DNA of 64,000 nucleotides from an uncultured bacterium. Its GTDB lineage: Bacteria; Krumholzibacteriota; Krumholzibacteriia; LZORAL124-64-63. This document shows, in pieces, positions 8,357 through 16,872 of this stretch. The notes beneath the pieces were generated by a model that was not told where the DNA came from, did no database searches, and saw only the letters and a list, made by a program, of their open reading frames with translations. The stretch is taken from assembly GCA_937910695.1 (NCBI GenBank), contig CALEMW010000054.1:13831-77830 (forward strand). Direction: 5' to 3'. Position 1 is the first letter of the stretch. Every line of letters begins with the position of its first letter. The position numbers and the translations under genes were made by a program.

Positions 8357-10327
8357 TCAGCTGGTCGGGCCATCCCTCTTGTCCGTCTCGGTCCCTTCAA
8401 CGATCTCACGACCGGCCATGAGTTCGCCTTCGGCCTCGACCCTGGTCCTGACCGTATGGCGCTGCTCGACGAGCTTCACTCCCGGGTGCTCGTGCTGGTA
8501 CATCTCCTGGGGCATCATCCCGTTGATCCAAGACGGGTTCATGGGATAGACCTCGGGATTGAACACCGTGGCGTACATGTGCCAGACAAGGATGGCCAGG
8601 AAGGCCAGCCAGGCCTCGTAGTAATGGATGACAAGCATCACGTCCAGGAAGCCCCGCGGCACGAGATGCACGACCCTGTTGTCGAACCACAGCGCGAAAC
8701 CGGAGATCACCATCACCACGGTTCCCCAGATCAACGCCCAGTACTCGGCCTTCTCCACGTAGGAGAACCTGCCGAACTGAGGCGCGTCCTTGCTGAAGCC
8801 GAGATTGAACTTGAGCTTCTGGAACACCTGCACGGCGTCGGTCCAGGTCGGCGTCATGTCCTTGAGGAAATCGCGGCCGCGAGCCGTGAGGAGGATGAAC
8901 AAAGTGTGCCAGATGGCGCCAAAGATCATCAACACGGCCGATCCGCGGTGAATGACGCCGCGGACAGCGTATCCGCCCTCATGCCCGAAGAAGAGCTGGC
9001 TCCACCAGGCATCATAGAAGCGCAGTGAAAATCCGGTGACGACGAGCACCGAGAACGACAGGGCCAGAATCGTGTGCTGGAACACTTCTCCGGGAGTCAT
9101 TCGACGCACCTGGGGACGTTTGTTCAGAACGGAGTGGATCTGTTTGGCCAGATCGATGAGCCAATGCACGATCATCCCGCCGATCACGCTGAAGATCAGC
9201 ACGAGGTAGATGATGCGCACGACGTTGGCGATGCCGGTACGGTGTCCGGTGGCCGTCTCGTGGATCCTCTGGCTCGCGACGTCTTCGGCGATGCCTTCGT
9301 GGCAGTGGCCGCACGTTTCCTGCAGGTTGGCCAGGTTCACGGAAGAACGGGGGTCGGACGAAGGCAGGATCAGGTGGGCGCCGTGGCATGAAGCGCAGTT
9401 GGCCACCTGTTTGTCGCCCGCCTTGCTCTTCAAGCCGTGATAAGAATCCACGAAGGACTGCAGCCGCCCGGTGGGTAGATTGTATTTCTCGTTGAGACTC
9501 GCGAGTTCGTGACACGGTGTACAGGTCGCCTCGGCAAGCCGATAGGGACTGACAGGAGAGCGGCTATCCTGGGTCGGTAAAATTCCGTGTTCGCCGTGGC
9601 ACGTCGTACAGGTGGGGGTGTCGACTTCGCCGCGCTTAAGGAGCTGACCGTGAACACCCACTAGATAGTCCTGCGAAATGGCGTTGTGACACTGGCCGCA
9701 GGTCTCGTGGATGTTGAAGTGGGCGATGGAGGACCTGGCGTCGCTAGGTGGCAGGATCCGGTGGGCGCTGCCGCCCGTTGAGTGACAGTCGTTGCAGCTA
9801 GCCGCCTGATACAATCCACCGGCCGCCGCCTTGCCGTGGACACTCATGCTGTAGACCCGGATCGGGTGTCTGAACTTGATGTTGAGATCGTCGGTCAGGG
9901 TCGAGTCTTCGTGACACACGCCGCAGGTGTTGGGCAGGTTGATGGGATTGGTCAAGGCATGGCGGTCTGATGACGGTAGGATCAAGTGAGTACCATGACA
10001 ATCCGAACAGACCGGAATGTGCTCGGAAACTCCGACAACAGCCCGACCATGCACTTTATATTCGTCCGAAACATCTTCATGACATCCGTCACAGGCAGCG
10101 CGGGCCAGCTTCTCGGCATGGGGCAGTTCCACGATGTCTGCGTGGCATTCGATGCAGTCGAGCCCTTCGTGGACTCCTCCGAGAAGATGGTCGGCTGTGA
10201 CCTCGACGGGGTCTCCGCCGGTATCGGTATGACAGTCGGCACAGTCCGCCGCCGTGAAGTCCTGTGCGAGAGCCGGAGCAGTCAAAAGGACTAGCAAGAG
10301 CAGGGATCGAATCACAGGTACCGCCAT
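8357..10327 (-). CDS. CbcL-like fusion protein: periplasmic multiheme (11 x CxxCH) c-type cytochrome fused to a C-terminal diheme cytochrome b membrane domain (HydC/FdnI / cytochrome b561-like)
   Basis: Start most likely ATG 10327 (GGAGG 6 nt upstream; 10342 also possible). Signal peptide. CADCH, CIECH, CDGCH, CSDCH, CGVCH, CNDCH, CGQCH, CTTCH, CTPCH, CASCH, CGHCH. C-terminal TM helices with conserved His ('MIVHWLI','IWHTLFILL','HYYEAWLAFLAILVWHMY'). Confidence 0.75.
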   Translation of the reverse strand: MAVPVIRSLLLLVLLTAPALAQDFTAADCADCHTDTGGDPVEVTADHLLGGVHEGLDCIECHADIVELPHAEKLARAACDGCHEDVSDEYKVHGRAVVGVSEHIPVCSDCHGTHLILPSSDRHALTNPINLPNTCGVCHEDSTLTDDLNIKFRHPIRVYSMSVHGKAAAGGLYQAASCNDCHSTGGSAHRILPPSDARSSIAHFNIHETCGQCHNAISQDYLVGVHGQLLKRGEVDTPTCTTCHGEHGILPTQDSRSPVSPYRLAEATCTPCHELASLNEKYNLPTGRLQSFVDSYHGLKSKAGDKQVANCASCHGAHLILPSSDPRSSVNLANLQETCGHCHEGIAEDVASQRIHETATGHRTGIANVVRIIYLVLIFSVIGGMIVHWLIDLAKQIHSVLNKRPQVRRMTPGEVFQHTILALSFSVLVVTGFSLRFYDAWWSQLFFGHEGGYAVRGVIHRGSAVLMIFGAIWHTLFILLTARGRDFLKDMTPTWTDAVQVFQKLKFNLGFSKDAPQFGRFSYVEKAEYWALIWGTVVMVISGFALWFDNRVVHLVPRGFLDVMLVIHYYEAWLAFLAILVWHMYATVFNPEVYPMNPSWINGMMPQEMYQHEHPGVKLVEQRHTVRTRVEAEGELMAGREIVEGTETDKRDGPTS

Positions 10328-10700
10328 GATGGCCTCCAACATGAGATCGTGGACTCGACGTTCTAGTCCCTAGGTTGCTCAATGCGAATGCAAAATCAAG
10401 TTCAGATCCAAAATCCCCATTGAATTCATGGGTGTTACATCGTTTCGAATATCATATATCATTAATACGATCACTCTACACCTAGTCGATTACTAGGATT
10501 ATACCTGAATAGACAGCGTCTTCATATTTCACAACTTACAGTTTTTTGGAAATGGATCTCATTGTTGCTTATCTCATTCGGGATCATCAGGTTAGAACAT
10601 CGATCATTTGTGAGGAGAATTCGGGGTTCGTCCATCAACGTTAAGAAAACAACGTCCTGATCCATGTGGGAGAGCTTTCGAGCCTCCCGGGGACGGAACT

Positions 10701-11330
10701 TCAGCCGGTCAGACCCAAGCTGTAGAACCCCTCGCCTCGCTGGGCGTCCGGCCGGAACCCCATGGTCTCGAGATAGCGGCGGTGTTCTTCTCCAGCTGCG
10801 TGCGCCGTGTATTGACGTAAACCGCCGTCGAGATAATCCGCACGACGATCGCGATAAAAAAAACGGGCACACTGAAGGTCGCGATAGCTGGGAATCACAT
10901 AGTCGAGCCCTATGACGACGTCGTCGCCGTCGCGGCGGCAGACCACCAGGCCGACCGGAAGCATGTTGCGCAAGATGAAGACGATGGTCGCGCCCTCGAG
11001 GCTCCGGCGCTCGAAACAGGGGAAGAAGCGGGCGATGTCGCCGGCGTGAAAATCGAGAAAACGCCCCAGGTATGCATTGTCGGCCCGAGATATCTCCAAC
11101 AGCTCGAAGGTATCTTCCAGCCGCCTCATCCGCAGGAGGTAGGCCACGTTCACCACGGCGATGAAACCGTTCACCACAAGAACGGGATGTGCTCCCACCA
11201 ACCAGCCATATATCGCGAAGACTACGGCGCCGATGAGATTCAACACTCTCAGTTTCACGATCGAACTCATCGTCAGCGACACGGCAACCAGCACCGACGC
11301 CGCATATCCCAGAATGTCCATCCACTCCAT
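10701..11330 (-). CDS. Membrane protein: N-terminal 3-TM YgjV-like domain plus C-terminal soluble domain (possibly GNAT-like)
   Basis: Hydrophobic N-terminus 'ILGYAASVLVAVSLTMSSIVKLRVLNLIGAVVFAIYGWLVG'. C-terminal '...RRYLETMGFRP...GEGFYSL'. Overlapping 727-aa antisense ORF is R-rich artefact. Confidence 0.4.
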   Translation of the reverse strand: MEWMDILGYAASVLVAVSLTMSSIVKLRVLNLIGAVVFAIYGWLVGAHPVLVVNGFIAVVNVAYLLRMRRLEDTFELLEISRADNAYLGRFLDFHAGDIARFFPCFERRSLEGATIVFILRNMLPVGLVVCRRDGDDVVIGLDYVIPSYRDLQCARFFYRDRRADYLDGGLRQYTAHAAGEEHRRYLETMGFRPDAQRGEGFYSLGLTG

Positions 11331-11408
11331 CTGTACTCTCCATCATTCGGGTCGGCACACATGGTAGGCCGAGATGGAGCGAGGGACAAACCGTGAGAAA
11401 ACGGGAAC

Positions 11409-12536
11409 CTATTCGACGAGACTCGACAGAAAGACACCCGCAGCCACCGCCGAGCCGATCACCCCGGCCACGTTGGGAGCCATGGCATGCATGATCAGGA
11501 AGTTCTGCGGATCCTCTTTTGCACCCACCATCTGGCAGACCCGCGCCGAGTCGGGCACGGCGGATACGCCGGCCGCGCCGATGATCGGGTTGATCTTGTC
11601 CTTGAAGACCAGGTTCATGCCCTTGGCGAACAGGATGCCGGCGGCCGTGGCCACGGCGAACGACGCCGCGCCGAGCACGAAGATCTTGATGGACGAAGGC
11701 GTGAGAAACACCGATGCATCGGTGCTCGTGCCCACACAGAGACCGAGCAGGATGGTGATGGTGTCGATCAGGGCGTTGCGCGCCGTCTTGGCCAGACGTT
11801 CGGTCACGCCGCTTTCCTTGAGCAGGTTGCCGAAGAAGAGCATGCCCAGCAGCGTGATGGCCCCCGGCGCGATCATGGCCGACAGCAGGAAGGCCACGAC
11901 CGGGAAGGTGATCCGCAGGCGCTTGCTCACAGGACGCGAGGGCTTCATGCGGATCAGCCGTTCTTCGCGCGTGGTGAGCAGCTTGATGATGGGCGGTTGG
12001 ATGACCGGCACCAGCGCCATGTACGAATAGGCGGCGATGGCGATGGGTCCCAGGAACTCCGGCGCCAACTGCGAGGCGAGGAAGATGGCCGTGGGACCGT
12101 CGGCGCCGCCGATGATGCCGATGGCCGCCGCCTGGTTCACCGCGAACCCCATGGCGAGGGCTCCGAAGAACGTGATGAAGATGCCCGCCTGCGCCGCGGC
12201 GCCCAGCATGATCAGCCGCGGATTCGAGAGCATGCAGCTGAAGTCGGTCATGGCCCCGATGCCCAGGAAGATCAGCGGCGGATACCATCCCTTGCTCACG
12301 CCCTGATAGAGCACCGACAGCACGCTGCCTTCCTCGTACACGCCGATGTTCATGCCCTCGGAATAGGGAATGTTGCCGACGAGGATGCCGAAGCCGATGG
12401 GCACCAGCAGCAGCGGCTCGTAGTCTTTGACCACGGCGAGGTAGATGAACAGGCACCCGACGATGAGCATGACCAGGTTGCCCCAGCTGAAGTTGCCCAG
12501 GGCGCCGACCTGCAGGAATTCCCAGAGAACGTCCAT
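11409..12536 (-). CDS. Na+-translocating decarboxylase beta subunit (OadB/MmdB/GcdB family)
   Basis: 375-aa polytopic membrane protein matching the OadB family along its length ('GFGILVGNIPYSEGMNIGVYEEGSVLSVLYQGVSKGWYPPLIFLGIGAMTDF'). Confidence 0.85.
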   Translation of the reverse strand: MDVLWEFLQVGALGNFSWGNLVMLIVGCLFIYLAVVKDYEPLLLVPIGFGILVGNIPYSEGMNIGVYEEGSVLSVLYQGVSKGWYPPLIFLGIGAMTDFSCMLSNPRLIMLGAAAQAGIFITFFGALAMGFAVNQAAAIGIIGGADGPTAIFLASQLAPEFLGPIAIAAYSYMALVPVIQPPIIKLLTTREERLIRMKPSRPVSKRLRITFPVVAFLLSAMIAPGAITLLGMLFFGNLLKESGVTERLAKTARNALIDTITILLGLCVGTSTDASVFLTPSSIKIFVLGAASFAVATAAGILFAKGMNLVFKDKINPIIGAAGVSAVPDSARVCQMVGAKEDPQNFLIMHAMAPNVAGVIGSAVAAGVFLSSLVE

Positions 12537-12539
12537 GGC

Positions 12540-12938
12540 CTACTCGAACTCGACCAGTTGCTGGTTTTCGCGCACGCTGTCGCCGGCGCCGACGAGCACG
12601 GCCTTGACCCGGCCGGCTCCCGGCGAGACGATGGCGGTGTTCATCTTCATGGCCTCGATGATGATCAGGTCCTGGCCCTGAGCGACGTCGTCCCCCGCCT
12701 TGCACTTGACCTCGATGACCGTCCCTGCGATGGGCGACACCACACCGCCGCTGCCTCCGGCCGACGGAACAGGTGCCTGCTGGGCGACCGGTGCCGACGA
12801 CGGCGCGGAAGCCGACAACGCCTGCGTCGCCGTCATCTGGGGCAGGGCTCCCGTCGGGCCGAACTCGTCGCGCTTGGCGTCGAGGACCTCCACGTCGACC
12901 TCGTAGGCGACGCCGTGGACGGTGATCTTCAACTTCAT
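12540..12938 (-). CDS. Biotin carboxyl carrier subunit (biotinyl domain) of the decarboxylase
   Basis: 'IIIEAMKMNTAIVSPGAGRV' biotinylation motif (EAMKM). Ala/Pro-rich linker. Confidence 0.8.
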   Translation of the reverse strand: MKLKITVHGVAYEVDVEVLDAKRDEFGPTGALPQMTATQALSASAPSSAPVAQQAPVPSAGGSGGVVSPIAGTVIEVKCKAGDDVAQGQDLIIIEAMKMNTAIVSPGAGRVKAVLVGAGDSVRENQQLVEFE

Positions 12939-12955
12939 TTCGTACTCCTATCGGG

Positions 12956-13312
12956 TCAACGGTGTCGCACGTTCTTGCGTTCGATCAGATGGGATCCCTG
13001 CAGCTGGGACCGCCCCTGGGCCGACCACGGGCTGCGTTTGTGGTCCGCCGGCATGAGCCGCCGGATGCTGCTGATCCTGAAGCGGCCGCGTAGCACCGTG
13101 GCGGCGGCGGCCGCGATGAGCACGACGGTGGTCGCGTCGATGGTCGGCTCTCTGTTGTAGGCGTCGGCATCGCGGGCCTTCTCCTGGTGCCGCCATTTTT
13201 CGTCGAGCTGTCGGATGCCCGAGATCGTCATGGCGATGATCATCAACACCGCAAAGACGATCAGCAGACCGACGAGGGCCAACGGCAGGTTTTGGACAAG
13301 CAACTCGGACAT
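12956..13312 (-). CDS. OadG-family small membrane subunit of Na+-pumping decarboxylase
   Basis: Single N-terminal TM 'LALVGLLIVFAVLMIIAMTISGI'. Sits between the carboxyltransferase and BCCP genes. Confidence 0.6.
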   Translation of the reverse strand: MSELLVQNLPLALVGLLIVFAVLMIIAMTISGIRQLDEKWRHQEKARDADAYNREPTIDATTVVLIAAAAATVLRGRFRISSIRRLMPADHKRSPWSAQGRSQLQGSHLIERKNVRHR

Positions 13313-13321
13313 CGCGTGCTC

Positions 13322-14887
13322 CTAGAGGGGAATCAGCCCGTGCTTTTTCTGGGGCCGCTGCTCCCGCTTGGATTTGAGGATCTCCAGGGACTGGGCGATG
13401 AAGATCCGCGTGTCGGCGGGTTCGATGATGTCGTCGACGAGGCCGTGGGCGGCCGCCTCGTAGGGGTTGGCGAAGGCTTCGGTGTACTCGTCCAGCTTCT
13501 GTCGACGCGCGGCAGCAGGGTCGTCGGCCCCGGCGATCTCCTTGCGGTAGATCACGTTCACGGCCCCCTCGGCCCCCATCACGGCGATCTCGGCGCTGGG
13601 CCAGGCGGCCACGCGGTCGGCGCCCATGTCCTTGCCGCACATCGCCAGGTAGGCGCCGCCATAGGCCTTGCGCACGATGATCGTGATCTTGGGCACCGTG
13701 GCGGCGCCGTAGGCGAAGAGCATCTTGGCGCCGTGGCGGATGATGCCGCCGTACTCCTGCTGCACGCCGGGCATGAAACCCGGCACGTCGACGAAGGTGA
13801 CCAGGGGAATGTTGAAGGCGTTGCAGAAACGGATGAAGCGCGACGACTTGTCGCTCGAGTCGATGTCGAGCACTCCCGCCTTGTTCATGGGATTGTTGGC
13901 GACCACGCCGACGGTGGCCCCCTCCATGCGCCCGAAGCCGATGATGATGTTCGGCGCCCACTGCTCCTGGACTTCCATGAAGTCGCCGCCGTCGAGGACG
14001 GCGCGCAGCACCTGGTGCATGTCGTAGGGCTGACGGGGATCGTCGGGCACGATGGAGTTGAGGGCGGGAATCGGCCCCACCTCGTCGTCGTGCAGCTCGG
14101 GGTAGACCGGCGCCTCTTCGGTGTTGTTGCTGGGCAGGAACGAGAGCAGGCGCTTGGTGATTTCGGCGGCCTCGGCGCCGCACGACGCTTCGAAGTGCAC
14201 CACGCCCGAGTAATGAGTATGGCTGTACACGCCGCCCAGGTCTTCGGCGGTGACTTCTTCGCCGGTGACCTGCTTGATCACCGACGGGCCGGTGATGAAC
14301 ATCTGACCCTCGCGGCGCACCTGGATGATGAAGTCGGTCAACGCCGGCGAGTAGGCCGCGCCGCCGGCGCAGGGGCCGGCGATGATGCTGATCTGGGGCA
14401 CGACCCCGGACATCAGCACGTTGCGGTTGAAGATGCCGCCGTAGCCGGCCAGCGAGTCGACACCCTCCTGGATACGGGCGCCGCCGCTGTCGTTGATGAA
14501 GATGAAGGGATCGCCGGTCTTCAGGGCGTCGTCCATCACGCCGTGGATCTTCCGCGCGGTGGCTTCGCCCACGGCGCCGCCGGCGACGGTGAAGTCCTGG
14601 CTGGCTACGTAGACGGGACGTCCGCCGAGCAGGCCGCTGCCGGTCACCACGCCCTCGCCGGGAAACTCCTTGTCCTGCATCCCGAAGTTGGTGCAGCGGT
14701 GCTTCATGAAGAGGTGGGTTTCCAGGAACGTGTCCGGGTCGAGCAGCATGGCCAGTCGCTCGCGGGCGGTGTGCTTGCCGGCGGCGTGGAGCTTTTCGAT
14801 ACGGTCGGCGCCGCCGCCCAGGTACAGGCGTTCGCGACGCTCGAGGAGCTGTTCGATCTTCGTCGGCTCAGGTGTGGGCTCGGCCAT
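13322..14887 (-). CDS. Acyl-CoA carboxyltransferase subunit (methylmalonyl-CoA decarboxylase alpha / propionyl-CoA carboxylase beta family)
   Basis: 521 aa. 'GGGADRIEKLHAAGKHTARERL', 'SGGARIQEG', 'ISIIAGPCAGGAAYSPALTDF', 'RKAYGGAYLAMCGK' carboxyltransferase motifs. First gene of the 4-gene operon. Confidence 0.85.
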   Translation of the reverse strand: MAEPTPEPTKIEQLLERRERLYLGGGADRIEKLHAAGKHTARERLAMLLDPDTFLETHLFMKHRCTNFGMQDKEFPGEGVVTGSGLLGGRPVYVASQDFTVAGGAVGEATARKIHGVMDDALKTGDPFIFINDSGGARIQEGVDSLAGYGGIFNRNVLMSGVVPQISIIAGPCAGGAAYSPALTDFIIQVRREGQMFITGPSVIKQVTGEEVTAEDLGGVYSHTHYSGVVHFEASCGAEAAEITKRLLSFLPSNNTEEAPVYPELHDDEVGPIPALNSIVPDDPRQPYDMHQVLRAVLDGGDFMEVQEQWAPNIIIGFGRMEGATVGVVANNPMNKAGVLDIDSSDKSSRFIRFCNAFNIPLVTFVDVPGFMPGVQQEYGGIIRHGAKMLFAYGAATVPKITIIVRKAYGGAYLAMCGKDMGADRVAAWPSAEIAVMGAEGAVNVIYRKEIAGADDPAAARRQKLDEYTEAFANPYEAAAHGLVDDIIEPADTRIFIAQSLEILKSKREQRPQKKHGLIPL

Positions 14888-14965
14888 GGTGTCCTCCGGG
14901 TGGCGGGCCCTCGCGGGGCCCGATCATGATCTCGTCCCTGGGGATATGGTCCCAAAGACCTTGTT

Positions 14966-14981
14966 TGTCAAATATTTGACA
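14966..14981. promoter_or_regulatory. Perfect 16-bp palindrome TGTCAAATATTTGACA (TTGACA on both strands) in the 220-bp leader of the decarboxylase operon
   Basis: Read directly. Lies ~80 bp upstream of the mmdA-like start (14887, minus strand), in a lower-GC intergenic region. Confidence 0.4.
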
Positions 14982-15106
14982 GGAGAACATCCAAAGTCTT
15001 GCCTCTGTTCATTATCTTGTAAAATCACAACATGTTATGGCTACGTCAAACGCGACGGGAAACCGGCCGAAGACGATTCCCCGCCGGGGGCAAGGGTGGA
15101 TCAGGG

Positions 15107-15967
15107 TCATTCGCCGCGATCGCGCTTGAGGGGCATCACCCCGGCCAGCTCACCGATCACGTTCACCAGTTCCGAATCCGACGGCAGCACGATCTTGGAA
15201 TTCTGGGACAGAGCCACCTCCACAGCCTCGATTTTGCGCATGATCTGGGCGTTGCCGATGAAGTACCGATCGGCCGCATCGTTGACCAGACGGATGGCCT
15301 CGGCTTCGCCTTCGGCCCGCAGAATCTTGCCTTGCTTCACGCCCTCGGCCTTCTTGATCTCGGAGCGCTTCTCGCCGTCGGCCTGGCGCTCGACAGCGTT
15401 GGCGTAGTCGAGGGCCGCGATCTTCTCGTTCTCGGCCTTCACGACCTTGTTCATGGTCTCCTGCACGTCCTTGGGCGGGTCGATCTCCTTGAGCTCGGTG
15501 CGCACGATCTCCATGCCCCAGTTGTTGGTCTCCTTGGCCAGGGTCGAGAGCAGCTCGCCGTTGATCTTGTCGCGCTCGCTGTTGGCCGACTTGAGGGTCA
15601 GCGTGCCGATGATGTTGCGCAATGTGGTACGGGCCAGGCTGACGACCTGGCTCTGGTAGTCGTTCACGTTGTACTGGGAGCTCTTCACGCTCTCCTCGTC
15701 GCACTTGACCTTGAAATAGACCTGGGCGTCGACGCGGGCGTTGAGGTTGTCGAAGGTGATGATCTCCTGGGGCTGGGCGTCGACCATCTGTTCGGTGACG
15801 TTGATCATCACCATGCGGTCGATGACCGGAATGATCCAGTTGAAGCCGGGGCTCGCATAGCGGCGGTACTTGCCCATCCGCTCGACCAGACCGCGGTGGG
15901 TGGGTCGGATGATGCGGATGCCGGCGAAGAAGATGAGCAGGGCGAGGGGAATGATGAAGAGAAACAT
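15107..15967 (-). CDS. SPFH/band-7 family membrane protein (stomatin/prohibitin-like)
   Basis: True start ATG 15967 (GGAGG upstream; the upstream ORF extension to 16201 is non-coding). N-terminal TM 'MFLFIIPLALLIFFAGIRIIRP'. SPFH core. C-terminal coiled coil 'ENEKIAALDYANAVERQADGEKRSEIKKAEG'. Confidence 0.8.
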   Translation of the reverse strand: MFLFIIPLALLIFFAGIRIIRPTHRGLVERMGKYRRYASPGFNWIIPVIDRMVMINVTEQMVDAQPQEIITFDNLNARVDAQVYFKVKCDEESVKSSQYNVNDYQSQVVSLARTTLRNIIGTLTLKSANSERDKINGELLSTLAKETNNWGMEIVRTELKEIDPPKDVQETMNKVVKAENEKIAALDYANAVERQADGEKRSEIKKAEGVKQGKILRAEGEAEAIRLVNDAADRYFIGNAQIMRKIEAVEVALSQNSKIVLPSDSELVNVIGELAGVMPLKRDRGE

Positions 15968-16103
15968 GATAACCTCCGAATCGGGATGCGATCGAAGGAG
16001 CGGCGCTGCGCCGGCTCCACAATGTATTACGCACCCGAAGACAGTGTATTGTCCAGTGTTCTCCCCCCAACAACGAAGACTCTCTATGACGTCGTCGGCG
16101 GGA

Positions 16104-16616
16104 TCACCAAGGACCCGCATAATCGGGAGATCCGCCACCGGATTCCGCTGCGGCATATTCGAAAAGCCGTCGAGCGATCTGCCGTAGATGGAGCAGATCA
16201 TGGGCGTGCCAGGACGTGAGCAGATCTGCGGCCGTGATGGAGCCGAGTTTCTGGTGTTCGTAGGTCCGCACCCAATCAGGATCCTCTAGACTGGACAGCC
16301 AGGCCAGGGACTCGGCGCGGGCGGCACGGAAACGGTCGAGGGACTCGCGCGGATCGCGATCGCGATAACCGCGTTGCTCCACCCAGGAAGGAGGATCGAT
16401 TCCAGGCCAGGATACGACAGGATCCGTCAGGGTCAGGCGCAGCCTGATTCGGAAATCTTCGACCTCCTCGTCGGCCATGTGGTTGACGATCTCCAGAATG
16501 GACCAGGCCCCGGGCACGGGGCGCCAACACCAGGTCGCGATGTCGAGATCGCCTATCAGCGCTGCGACACTCTCACATCCCGCCAGCAAGCGTCGAATAT
16601 ACCATTCCAGGTTCAT
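16104..16616 (-). CDS. DinB/YfiT-like (DinB_2) metal-dependent hydrolase family protein
   Basis: Start at internal ATG (MNLEWYIRRL). 'ILEIVNHMADEE' and 'WHAHDLLHLRQI' His motifs. Confidence 0.55.
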   Translation of the reverse strand: MNLEWYIRRLLAGCESVAALIGDLDIATWCWRPVPGAWSILEIVNHMADEEVEDFRIRLRLTLTDPVVSWPGIDPPSWVEQRGYRDRDPRESLDRFRAARAESLAWLSSLEDPDWVRTYEHQKLGSITAADLLTSWHAHDLLHLRQIARRLFEYAAAESGGGSPDYAGPW

Positions 16617-16872
16617 ATGCCTCCTTTCCTGACTGCGACGAGCATATCCGAACAACTCCGATTCGTCGAGCAAATGCCCCTTCTCCACACAGGAACTACG
16701 AAAGAAATAGAGCAAATGCCTGATGCCGGAGTCGTTGAATTGCCGCCATCTCCCGTGCAACAATCCATTCGGCGCCGCCAAGGGGACCGCCAGCTGAGGA
16801 ACCTGAGCCGCTTCCCTGTGGTATCCGGGTTCTATGTTCTTGTTACTATATTCTCATTACGGGGAGGAACCG

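Noticed and set aside
15968-16201. N-terminal 78-codon extension of the SPFH ORF (MICSIYGRS...)
   Set aside because: No RBS. It overlaps the 3' end of the DinB-like gene. A GGAGG-preceded ATG at 15967 gives a canonical SPFH N-terminal TM helix.
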